A stretch of DNA of 63,707 bases, the filler included, from Nemertoderma westbladi (lineage: Eukaryota > Animalia > Xenacoelomorpha), in assembly GCA_032718475.1 (NCBI GenBank). It is 4 parts of 4 records of this genome, joined end to end, with 100 filler letters (N's around TTAATTAATTAA, not from the genome) between each part and the next. Parts side by side here need not be neighbours in the genome. Positions count along the whole stretch, not along the records: positions 1 to 28,977 come from JAUCBJ010006238.1; positions 29,078 to 50,266 come from JAUCBJ010003116.1; 2 more parts are not named here. One strand, 5' to 3'. Numbering within the stretch: the first letter of the stretch is position 1; each line of letters opens with the position of its first letter. Position numbers and translations under genes: made by a program. Shown here one piece after another: positions 22,260-33,931 of this stretch. The notes beneath the pieces were generated by a model, which worked only from the letters and a program-made list of their open reading frames with translations, had not been told where the DNA came from and did not search any database.

Positions 22260-22590
22260 AATCAGAACAAAACAATTAAGACAATAAGATTTAACATACA
22301 ATTAAAAGTGGTGCACCGTGAATTAATAATGGTCTGCGAGGTCATTCCCCCGCAGACCCGCACCATCCCCAAAGCCCAGCGCCCTCCAGGGACGCCGGCC
22401 ACCACGCAAACAGAGGGAGTTGGAGCGGAGGAGCGCGAACTGAAGCCGCCTCCGAACTCCCCCGAGAACGCAGGCTAGGCCACGATCCCGCATCCCCTGC
22501 CGCCGAGCCACAAGGGTCTCAGCGAGGTGGCTGATGAAGGTATCAGTCTCCTTGCACCACACCCCATCGGTGGTTCCGACAAGGGGTTTT
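22260..22590 (-). mobile_element. CRE-like non-LTR retrotransposon 3' fragment
   Basis: DGVWCKETDTFISHLA..LQFALLRSNSLCLRG..GDGAG, similar to the peptide at 15295-15678. Confidence 0.65.
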
Positions 22591-23614
22591 GTATTTTGTA
22601 AATTATTTTGAAAATTAATCTTTAAGAAAAAATTAAAAGTGCCGTTTGAATTGTTTTATTTATGTATCATTATATATATATATAATATTTTTATTTACTT
22701 GATATTGGTATTGTTTTTCTCGTATTATTGATTTTTCACCATGGAATGATTGTTGTTTTATTTATATGTACTGTATTTTATGTTCTCATGTATGTTTTTA
22801 ATACCCATAGGATGGAATATTTTTTTATTACTAAAATCTCAATTTCCTAACGATTTTTATTTTATTATGAACTACATATTTTTACTGCAAATCTAGTGCA
22901 ATCTATTAAATATTTTATATTATAGTCAGTTTTTATGCAATTCATGTTACATTAGTCTGGATGTATGGTGTATTCTACGTATATTGATGTTCATATTTTC
23001 TTTGTACCAAAGCGCCTAGAACATCGCGTATAGGCGCATTATATATATATATTATTCAATGTTAAAACGGATTTGAATTTACCGCCAAAATATCTGATCT
23101 GCCACCCTTTCTAGTACAAATACCTAACATGTCTTTCTATCATTTGAATTTCCCGCGCTGTGGAGCACCTTTTAGGGACTTGTGGTACCGGTACCATGTA
23201 CAGTACAGCAGTACTGCTGTATTGCTGTGCTACAGTAGTTGACAGTTTGATGGTATCTTTTGTAGTTCACAGCTCCACCGTACTGCCGTACCCGTAAGTG
23301 ATAGCAATACAACAATAAGCAATAAGTTTAATAAATTTCAGGACCTGGCAGCCTGGTTCCTGCCTCCTGACCTGATAAGTTGATTCTAGTTCGCTCCAAT
23401 ATCTGAATATTATTGACCTATAGCGCTGTACAATGTAGCGGCTGTAATGTTTTTATACCCGTAGTTGATGCCCTCAGTTGATGCGACGATACTTGTATTT
23501 GCGCGGGCTCAGCCGGTTACCGGTGGCATGGTCAGATGGTAGATTGCTCGACGACGACCTCCCCACCCTCATGTATCACTGTATCCTGTCGTCTCGTGGT
23601 ACACGGATGAGAAA

Positions 23615-23835
23615 ATGACATATTCTTACAAAGATTATTTTGATTCTTCCAAATTTGTCATTTTGGCAACTGGCGCTCTGTTCTTTTACATAATATATGG
23701 ATACGTTCAAGAGTTAATATTCCAACAGGATGAATTCCACTTACATGGATGGTATTTAACACTGGTGCAGTTTTGTTTCTATAGTTGTTTTGCACTTTCG
23801 TTAAAGTTTAGCGGCTTTTCAAAAGGAGAACGCAG
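23615..23835 (+). CDS. SLC35B3: PAPS transporter 2-like, first visible exon
   Basis: FFYIIYGYVQELIF..GWYLTLVQF; donor AG|GTAGGT, phase 2. Confidence 0.85.
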
Positions 23836-24488
23836 GTAGGTAACCCAGTAACTTTAATACCTGAATACCAAATACCGGTACCTATCGGTATGTAGGGCGT
23901 AGGGCCGTAGGGGTAGCGGTGACTACCGGCAACTGGAATAATCTTCATTATTATTATACGTACCCCCGTATCGTTACATATGTGCTTATGTAGAGTTTTA
24001 TGGGAACATGCCATGTGACATTTTGTCCTGCGAATGGTCGTTAGCTACTGCGTCATATTAGGTCCGGTTTAGATATGAACCCAGTTTAAATGATGGATGC
24101 CGTTCGCGTCGAATTAATATTAACACTTTGTCAGGTTTTTAGGGTCTACAGTCAGACAGTAAGCCACGATTCTAAATGTAATAATTTTCTTTATCACATG
24201 GCCATTTCTTGTATGAACATACGTCATCAGTGATATAAATACAAGGGCCTACACGAGTACATATTAACATTTTTTTTTTAGAAAATTAATTTACTATAAT
24301 AGATATTAGAATTACCGGTAGTAGGCCTTCCTAGATACACAGTTATCATAAAGTGGAACTTAATAAATATACTGTAGAAGATACTAATTTGTCTGTTAAT
24401 GTTGAAAAAGAAAAGGAAATAAAAGATAGATATACATCCACGTAAACTATATAGATGCTGAAACCAACATATATTATTATTGTAACAG

Positions 24489-24643
24489 GATTCCTCTATC
24501 CGATTACATAATCCTAGCCGGTTTCACTCTCACAACAATGGGGTGCAGCAACACGTCAGTGGGGTACCTTAATTATCCAACCCAGGTTATATTCAAGTCG
24601 TGTAAACTCATTCCGGTAATGATCGGAGGTGCACTCATTCAAG
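24489..24643 (+). CDS. SLC35B3: PAPS transporter 2-like, exon 2
   Basis: IPLSDY..TMGCSNTSVGYLNYPTQVIFKSCKLIPVMIGG; CAG acceptor and GT donor, phases consistent. Confidence 0.9.
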
Positions 24644-25176
24644 GTTCGTTTTTATTGACTTTGTTATTTAATTATTTTATCATTAAACATTATTTTAATT
24701 TAATTTAATTTAATTTCGTGCATATAGTTATATAACTAAGCGTATAGCACAGTATACATAAAACCGGTAAATGTTAGAGCATTAGCACAAAATATTAAGT
24801 TGTTATAGTCTATAAATATAAATATAAATGAGATAGTAAAAACATAATATCCTAGCTTAGCTTAGCCCTTGAACTCGACGTGGAGGGGGGGGGGGGGGGG
24901 GGGGGGAGGCTCCATTGACGCTAATCACATCACTTTAATCTCATGGCGCATTAACAGTAATAATTATCAAGGTTATTCTATTCTAATGAAAGTCAATAAC
25001 ACGTGATAATATTTCATAATCAGCAATTTTTTATTTATTATTTGGATTGCATCAATAGACACCCCCCCCCCCCCCAAAGTTATCTTTACTTTTTTTAATG
25101 GTTATTAAAATACACTAAAATTCACTTTATGCTAGATTTATTTAAATATACAAATTTATTGCGTGTGTCTTCGTAG

Positions 25177-25284
25177 GGAAGCGTTACACTCCGGTTGATG
25201 TAGCCGCCGTACTCTCGATGACTATAGGAATTATATTTTTCGTTCTCGCTGACAATTCTGTTCAATCGGAATTTAATCCAAAGG
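25177..25284 (+). CDS. SLC35B3: PAPS transporter 2-like, exon 3
   Basis: GKRYTPVDVAAVLSMTIGIIFFVLADNSV; TAG acceptor, GTTAGT donor. Confidence 0.9.
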
Positions 25285-25685
25285 GTTAGTTTGTAACACC
25301 AGTAATGACACCGGTAAAACAATACTTTATAATATTAAGCTACGTACAAAAATATGGGTTAAATATCCATTAGATGCAATCCAGACTATATGAATGCAAT
25401 CGGCTGACATTAGTCAGCTGTTTAATATAGAGATTCCCAAACCACGAGCCTTTCTCAGAAAATTAAGCTAACAAATGATAGTCATAACAATGTATAACAG
25501 AACAGAATTCGTGGTACCGATTTTCTCACTATCAAAATATTTAACGGCGACGTTCATAAATTTGTAAGTGAGCTATTTAATAGGCCTATCTATTTTATTG
25601 AGATTGTAATAACAATTTCGTACCAAAAATCTGCGTTCAGCCTTTTGTGGGTCGCATTTCGTCACATGTGTTTTTGATTATTCAG

Positions 25686-25783
25686 GTGTTATTTTGATAT
25701 CAACGGCCTTAGCAAGTGATGCACTTATCGGAAATTTTCAAGAAAAGTCAATGAAAAGATATGTGGCTCAAAATACTGAAGTT
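25686..25783 (+). CDS. SLC35B3: PAPS transporter 2-like, exon 4
   Basis: GVILISTALASDALIGNFQEKSMKRYVAQNTEV; phase-0 donor GTTAGT. Confidence 0.9.
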
Positions 25784-26158
25784 GTTAGTTTTATAGTTTA
25801 ATATATAATTATAATTTATTATTTTATAATTAAATTATTAAGAATAATGGAAATTTCCCGGTATCACATTTAGGTTAGGCAAGCACCTTTGGTTTGTAAT
25901 ACAAGTGTAATAAGTATAATAATATAAGAAGTTAAAATTGAATGACATCTGAATCTGAAAGCTGGACATTTGTGGTCGTTGCGTCATTACATTGTCAATA
26001 TGACAGAGCAGACAGTTGGCGGTTGTAGCAAATAATTCAATGCGGATTAACTATTTAATGGCTTAATATACATTTGCAAATAACAGCTGTTTACTCGCAA
26101 AAATAAAACTGTAACCTGTTGTATTGACTTTATTTATTGTTTTGGTTCGAATAACCTA

Positions 26159-28977
26159 CCTTATTAACTCTTACCTTTTCTAACGCAGGTACTCTACAGC
26201 CCTTATTAACTCTTACCTTTTCTAACGCAGGTACTCTACAGCCCTTATTAACTCTTACCTTTTCTAACGCAGGTACTCTACAGCCCTTATTAACTCTTAC
26301 CTTTTCTAACGCAGGTACTCACAGCCCTATTAACTCTTACCTTTTCTAACGCAGGTACTCTACAGCCCTTATTAACTCTTACCTTTTCTAACGCAGGTAC
26401 TCTACAGCCCTTATTAACTCTTACCTTTTCTAACGCAGGTACTCTACAGCCCTTATTAACTCTTACCTTTTCTAACGCAGGTACTCTACAGCCCTTATTA
26501 ACTCTTACCTTTTCTAACGCAGGTACTCTACAGCCCTTATTAACTCTTACCTTTTCTAACGCAGGTACTCTACAGCCCTTATTAACTCTTACCTTTTCTA
26601 ACGCAGGTACTCTACAGCCCTTATTAACTCTTACCTTTTCTAACGCAGGTACTCTACAGCCCTTATTAACTCTTACCTTTTCTAACGCAGGTACTCTACA
26701 GCCCTTATTAACTCTTACCTTTTCTAACGCAGGTACTCTACAGCCCTTATTAACTCTTACCTTTTCTAACGCAGGTACTCTACAGCCCTTATTAACTCTT
26801 ACCTTTTCTAACGCAGGTACTCTACAGCCCTTATTAACTCTTACCTTTTCTAACGCAGGTACTCTACAGCCCTTATTAACTCTTACCTTTTCTAACGCAG
26901 GTACTCTACAGCCCTTATTAACTCTTACCTTTTCTAACGCAGGTACTCTACAGCCCTTATTAACTCTTACCTTTTCTAACGCAGGTACTCTACAGCCCTT
27001 ATTAACTCTTACCTTTTCTAACGCAGGTACTCTACAGCCCTTATTAACTCTTACCTTTTCTAACGCAGGTACTCTACAGCCCTTATTAACTCTTACCTTT
27101 TCTAACGCAGGTACTCTACAGCCCTTATTAACTCTTACCTTTTCTAACGCAGGTACTCTACAGCCCTTATTAACTCTTACCTTTTCTAACGCAGGTACTC
27201 TACAGCCCTTATTAACTCTTACCTTTTCTAACGCAGGTACTCTACAGCCCTTATTAACTCTTACCTTTTCTAACGCAGGTACTCTACAGCCCTTATTAAC
27301 TCTTACCTTTTCTAACGCAGGTACTCTACAGCCCTTATTAACTCTTACCTTTTCTAACGCAGGTACTCTACAGCCCTTATTAACTCTTACCTTTTCTAAC
27401 GCAGGTACTCTACAGCCCTTATTAACTCTTACCTTTTCTAACGCAGGTACTCTACAGCCCTTATTAACTCTTACCTTTTCTAACGCAGGTACTCTACAGC
27501 CCTTATTAACTCTTACCTTTTCTAACGCAGGTACTCTACAGCCCTTATTAACTCTTACCTTTTCTAACGCAGGTACTCTACAGCCCTTATTAACTCTTAC
27601 CTTTTCTAACGCAGGTACTCTACAGCCCTTATTAACTCTTACCTTTTCTAACGCAGGTACTCTACAGCCCTTATTAACTCTTACCTTTTCTAACGCAGGT
27701 ACTCTACAGCCCTTATTAACTCTTACCTTTTCTAACGCAGGTACTCTACAGCCCTTATTAACTCTTACCTTTTCTAACGCAGGTACTCTACAGCCCTTAT
27801 TAACTCTTACCTTTTCTAACGCAGGTACTCTACAGCCCTTATTAACTCTTACCTTTTCTAACGCAGGTACTCTACAGCCCTTATTAACTCTTACCTTTTC
27901 TAACGCAGGTACTCTACAGCCCTTATTAACTCTTACCTTTTCTAACGCAGGTACTCTACAGCCCTTATTAACTCTTACCTTTTCTAACGCAGGTACTCTA
28001 CAGCCCTTATTAACTCTTGCCTTTTCTAACGCAGGTACTCTACAGCCCTTATTAACTCTTACCTTTTCTAACGCAGGTACTCTACAGCCCTTATTAACTC
28101 TTACCTTTTCTAACGCAGGTACTCTACAGCCCTTATTAACTCTTACCTTTTCTAACGCAGGTACTCTACAGCCCTTATTAACTCTTACCTTTTCTAACGC
28201 AGGTACTCTACAGCCCTTATTAACTCTTACCTTTTCTAACGCAGGTACTCTACAGCCCTTATTAACTCTTACCTTTTCTAACGCAGGTACTCTACAGCCC
28301 TTATTAACTCTTACCTTTTCTAACGCAGGTACTCTACAGCCCTTATTAACTCTTACCTTTTCTAACGCAGTGTACTCTACAGCCCTTATTAACTCTTACC
28401 TTTTCTAACGCAGGTACTCTACAGCCCTTATTAACTCTTACCTTTTCTAACGCAGGTACTCCACAGCCCTTATTAACTCTTACCTTTTCTAACGCAGGTA
28501 CTCTACAGCCCTTATTAACTCTTACCTTTTCTAACGCAGGTACTCTACAGCCCTTATTAACTCTTACCTTTTCTAACGCAGGTACTCTACAGCCCTTATT
28601 AACTCTTACCTTTTCTAACGCAGGTACTCTACAGCCCTTATTAACTCTTACCTTTTCTAACGCAGGTACTCTACAGCCCTTATTAACTCTTACCTTTTCT
28701 AACGCAGGTACTCCACAGCCCTTATTAACTCTTACCTTTTCTAACGCAGGTACGTACACTACAGCCCTTATTAACTCTTACCTTTTCTAACGCAGGTACT
28801 CCACAGCCCTTATTAACTCTTACCTTTTCTAACGCAGGTACTCTACAGCCCTTATTAACTCTTACCTTTTCTATCGCAGGTACTCTACAGCCCTTATTAA
28901 CTCTTACCTTTTCTAACGCAGGTACTCTACAGCCCTTATTAACTCTTACCTTTTCTAACGCAGGTACTCTACAACCC
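26159..28977 (+). repeat. 42-bp tandem array (about 67 copies to contig end): 30 nt of intron end plus the first 12 nt of SLC35B3 exon 5
   Basis: Unit CCTTATTAACTCTTACCTTTTCTAACGCAG|GTACTCTACAGC; GTA CTC TAC AGC = VLYS, the expected continuation of NTEV. Confidence 0.9.
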
Positions 28978-29077
28978 NNNNNNNNNNNNNNNNNNNNNNN
29001 NNNNNNNNNNNNNNNNNNNNNTTAATTAATTAANNNNNNNNNNNNNNNNNNNNNNNNNNNNNNNNNNNNNNNNNNNN
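28978..29077. other. Artificial contig spacer
   Basis: N44 + TTAATTAATTAA (stops in six frames) + N44. Confidence 0.97.
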
Positions 29078-29078
29078 A

Positions 29079-29322
29079 ATCGTAGTTATTGGAGTTGTCA
29101 GCGTTTTTCTCGGCGTCTTTGAAATATCCGGTAAGACTTTTGACGTCAAGGCCTTGCGCGCCTTCCGCGTGTTACGCCCCTTGCGGTTGGTTTCGGGAGT
29201 GCCCAGTCTACAGATTGTACTCAACTCAATTCTCAAAGCAATGATTCCACTACTCCATATAGCCTTACTTGTTATATTTGTTATAATAATCTACGCAATT
29301 ATTGGACTAGAGATGTTTTCAG
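29079..29322 (+). CDS. L-type voltage-gated calcium channel alpha1 (Cav1), exon covering IS3-IS5 (5' end cut by gap)
   Basis: [31 protein letters not shown]; donor G|GTTCGT phase 1. Confidence 0.92.
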
Positions 29323-30924
29323 GTTCGTATAACTCTATATTATAACTAACCGCCATAGTCGTAGACCTTGGTAACCTAGGTAACCGCCATAGTCGTAGAC
29401 CTTGGCAAAAACATAAGACGAAAAGGGACATAAAATTATAGCTATAAGTATTCATTTTCAGATTTTGTGTTATAACATAATTAGCGTATCAAGCTTTTCC
29501 GAAACTTATAAGTTATCGACAACCTCTTGTGTTTGCGATATGTTGAGGATCTATGTTTGATATTGGACCCAGATCTGGACGGACATAATGTGATGTTTTT
29601 TACTATATTATCCGAAATATTAAGACTATCCCTATATTTATATAAATGACGTATGGTGGAAGCTCCTAACTTTTAATTAAAATACTATAATTAGGAGCCG
29701 CCCAGGCAGGTTGCTGATAAAAGTCCAGATAGGGGGGAAGGGAACTTGTCGCAATAATAATTCATCCCTCTCCAGGGGAAATTGGACGCAAATAACAGTT
29801 GATTACTCTCAAAAATAAAACTGTAACCTGTTCTATTGTGTTTAGTTTATTGTTTTGGTTAAAATAACGTGCCACTGTAGGCCTAACCTGCTCCTTTCCC
29901 TAAATTGCGAATTTAACATTGAAGCGGGATATTAATTCGCTAGCTAAGATGGAATTTGCGTCCAGTTCCCCCCACACCCCCCTGTCTCTAAAAGTCCGGC
30001 CTGAAATTAATTTGAGTTGATTGAATAATCTAGACCTAATTCGAAACGGCTCTAACGATTTTTCCCAATTTTTCATCACTGATAGACTCTATAACTGTAC
30101 TGTAAGGTCAGACACAGAGGGGTCAGGGGGTCTGGCAATGGGATAAATTGATTGGGTAGTTCTGAACCTCGTTAGAACTCGACTAAATTTAATTAAATTT
30201 AGTTATCAACAAGTTAATTAAAATAAAGTACGTTTTTTTATATCCGTCTTTATGTAAGTTTTTTTTACGTCCGTACTTTAAAACCTTTCGCCTTTCGCGT
30301 TCCTGTTTATACAGAAAGACACCGTCTACGCCTACCGAAGTGTTTTTGTCACAAATCGATATTGATTACAGTTCAGGATGTTCAGGTGGATTACCTGATA
30401 AAGATAAATCAAGATAGTATCATATGTTGTTTACCAGCCGTGTATGTTGCAGAATCGCAACCTTGAGTAATTCTGCACAATAGAGAATTTGATATACTAT
30501 AACATATTTGGTATGTTTTTTATTTAATCCAGGATTTAAAAGGATTAAATTTCCACCATCCCATATCCATTTCGTAGGAGACGGGCAGCGCCTATCTAGG
30601 CACAAACAACATCGTACTACAGTACATACACCACTTGAATTAGATTAATGTTCTGCTTCGTTAACAGGCAATAACATTCCAAGGGCGTAACTTCTTCTGA
30701 AAGTAGTCAGTATTATTCCGTACAGTATAGAGGGCAGAAAGCCGAGTAGGCCTATAGTTCGGACAGACATGTGAGTCAGGCGTTAGCCAGTCCGGTAGCA
30801 ACAGACAGCCAGTCAGTTAGAATGTCTGATATAACAAAAAAACTGGGTGTGGGGCGAGCCACAGTGTGAAGTAAACTTTAGGGGACGGTTTAATGGTATG
30901 GTGATTGTATGTAGGTTTGATTGT

Positions 30925-31160
30925 GAAGAAGTCAAGTAAAGCAAAGGTTTTCTTCGGCCGTTACACCAGGGATTACGCACAAAGTCTGTGACTTATTTCC
31001 AGTTCGGTCCCCCCAGAACTTTACCCCCCAGAGGAAACTCCAGTACTCATTTAGCTACCACTTAAGGATGTAAGGCAGAGATGCGCACTGGCTGGTCCCT
31101 TTAAAGCATTCGTGCTGAAACGAAAACGTGTGGGGTTTGAACCCACGACCTCCGGAGAGA
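30925..31160 (-). mobile_element. Probable tRNA-derived SINE remnant in the Cav1 intron
   Basis: B-box-like GGTTCAAACCCC and AAATGAGTAC core-like motif on the minus strand. Confidence 0.4.
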
Positions 31161-32089
31161 TGTGAACTTAATGCAACAAGTTGTTGAGCCCCGAGCTTAC
31201 ACTCTTTTGGGTGTAGGTACAGACCCATCAGGGTCCACTCAGCCTTTTTTCATCCACGGAGGTGCAGTACAAATTATATTCTCATCGAAAATTAAAACAA
31301 GTCTTTAACGAAATAATAAATTATATTACTCTAAATTACTACTGATGTGTCCTTATAAGGAATTAATTTGTATTCTGAGGACAACTAACGCGATAATTAT
31401 TTGAGAGTATGGAATCGCATAGCCAGCGATAGTTTGACAAAATGTGTTCTCTAAGTTAATTTATATCAAATATATCATAGTGGCGTACATTGACCCCAAG
31501 TGAAATAAAGTCTTGTTTATTGTTTTGTTTAGAAAATATCCCGCACCGCCACTGTAACCTGTTCCTTTCCCTTAATGTTTTTAATTAAACTAGACTAATT
31601 TCTCAAACCCTCTAAAATTTATTTTGTGTTTGCTGTAATTTTACACTATTGACTCAAAACGCGAGCGAATCAATCCGAATTTTGAAGCTTTTATTCTTGC
31701 CTACACCACCACACCATATACGACGTCATACATTTCCGCCCGTTTGCAAATCTGTTCCACTCGCTCTAGTGAAATAATTACGGTAATGGTTGTTGCCTGT
31801 TGGTTGGTTGCTGGTTGGTGTGGTATAAAAGAATATGTAGTAAATTGAATTGCTAAGTTTATTTAGGGTAATTCAAAAGGTCCAATGTTGTATTTAGCAG
31901 CGGGTAACAGCTTGCTCTAATAGTTAATATAACACGGAGCGTGTAGGCAGGCATGTCTGTCCTCAGTTCAGTTGGGCTATGTGATGGATGGAGTGATGAA
32001 TAATGCTAAAGTTAACGAACTTGAAATATCTTAATTAAATAATTAATAACACAATAACACAAATAACAAACTATTCAAAAAATCGTCAC

Positions 32090-32375
32090 GGTGAGATAAT
32101 CGCCCGCGCCCAATCTTCGCCCGGAGCAATCTTCGCCCTCAAAATGAAAAACTATCGAGCGGTGGAATCCTTCGCCCACAGGCAATCTTCGCCCGCGAGT
32201 AACCTTCGCCCAATAAACAATTATTGTTTTGGTTAGAAAAACCCGTTTCTGTAACCTGCCTCTGTAACCTGCTCCTTTCCATCAATTGGTAACTAAAATT
32301 AGGTGTACATTGTTTATTGGGCGAAAAGTTGCTGGCTGGCGAAGATTTCCTTCGGGCGAAGGTTGCACCCAACCG
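32090..32375. repeat. Small element with (AATCTTCGCCC)n subrepeats and inverted GGGCGAAG copies
   Basis: About five TCTTCGCCC motifs on the left, three GGCGAA motifs on the right. Confidence 0.5.
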
Positions 32376-33931
32376 AAAATATTTTGAGTAGTGATTTGTG
32401 TTCCTATAGCTACTGTTAGTTACTATAGTTACCTATAGTTACCGTTAAGTAATCAGGCATTGTAAACCAAATTTATTTTAAATAGATAAGTAAAACAATT
32501 GAGAATCATCACCCATTTTTAACACCCTCGCAGATGCTCACAAATTGTATTAGTTTATTCGTAAATTAAAATCTTTAACAATAAGTTGCTCTGACTATTT
32601 CTCCGCTTAACTCCGAAGCTGCTGGTTGAAAAGTTGATAGGAAGTAAAAATAGCTGCACTGAGTGTAGGCCTACCCACACGGAGGGCCTAATTCATATAC
32701 TGGGTCCCTTGAATGTGACTGCGATCTCAACCGCTCACCCATACCCTTTATTACATAATATTGTAATAAAGGGTATTAAGCTAAATTCGAATTAATAATA
32801 ATAATTAAAATACAATATAAAGAAGTTGTCGTCTCTAATCTAGAGCCCTTGCTATGATTACAGAATTAATGTTGATTACAATAAACTCGCTTTTGAAACA
32901 TCATTCTACCACTCTAGTGCGGGGGGGGGGGGGGGGGGGGTGGACTCATAATTAATAATTACATATATTATATCAACTGTTACATAAGAACTAAATTCTC
33001 GAAATAATAACTATTTCTATTCGATTTAAATAAACTAATTTCCATTTTGTCTTTTTCCACTTTCCCCTTGCGAGCTAAATACATATTATTTGCTTGCGAG
33101 ATAAATAAACTAGAATTGTTGTGAAATGTTTGGCACTATGAGCCGCCACCATAGAAAACAACTATATACTGTTATTTATTCGCTTGTTTTGAGTTTGTCA
33201 GATATGTTTGAGAATTAATTTCCCTAATTTAAATATGGTTGTAACTCGACGTTATTTATTTGTTGCGGCTTAGGAGACTCTAATTGTTTGCCTTATGATT
33301 GGCAATTGCAACAATCAAAAAAACAATTTAAATATGTTTGAAACCAAATGCGGTATTGATTTGAAATAAAGCCCGATCAATAGAATCCAAGCATCACTCC
33401 ATCATCAAATCTGTTTCATGAATGATGGGCAACCACGATAAATAAATACGGAATATTAATTATTGAGCAACCATCTCACCTATCCGGTATCTCTGAGTAC
33501 GTGACTTTCATTTCACTTGCTAAATTTTCTTTGTAGAATATAGTGAGTTAGGTATAATGTACTTCCGGCGCGTATTACCCCATTAACGAATGGTTTAAAT
33601 TTAGCTTCATGTTTACGCAGATAAATATATGAATCGTTAAATATACTAATAGCTCTGTTGACTATAAAGATATTGTCGATATACTAAATAACACTATTAT
33701 AGCTTTATCGCTCTTTTAAGTCAAAATATAGCTGCTATTAATAATAACAAAATTATTTCACACATAAAATTAATATATATATATATCAGTAATGATTAAA
33801 GGTAAAATCAAATTACTTTTTAGCCTAATTTTACGAGATTGTCATTTTATTGTCTACTGCAGTATTTACCTGTAATCTATATTTTCTACTTCTCTTACTA
33901 CTTTATAAACTTTAAAACTTTTATATTTTAG

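Larger units (their letters stand above)
20796..23195. repeat. Pair of about 150-bp inverted repeats (20796-20952 and 23056-23195) enclosing a foldback array and a LINE fragment
   Basis: GCGGGAAATTCAAATGAT..TTTTGGCGGTAAATTCAAATC versus its reverse complement. Confidence 0.7.

Noticed and set aside
26159-28977. CRISPR-like array or repeat-protein gene (minus-strand VPALEKVRVNKGCR ORF)
   Set aside because: No unique spacers, no cas genes, eukaryotic context; the ORF is a by-product of a 42-bp period
28978-29077. TTAATTAATTAA motif inside N runs, and apparent linkage of SLC35B3, Cav1, PLD and family B
   Set aside because: Identical synthetic spacer at all three gaps; gene order across gaps is not informative
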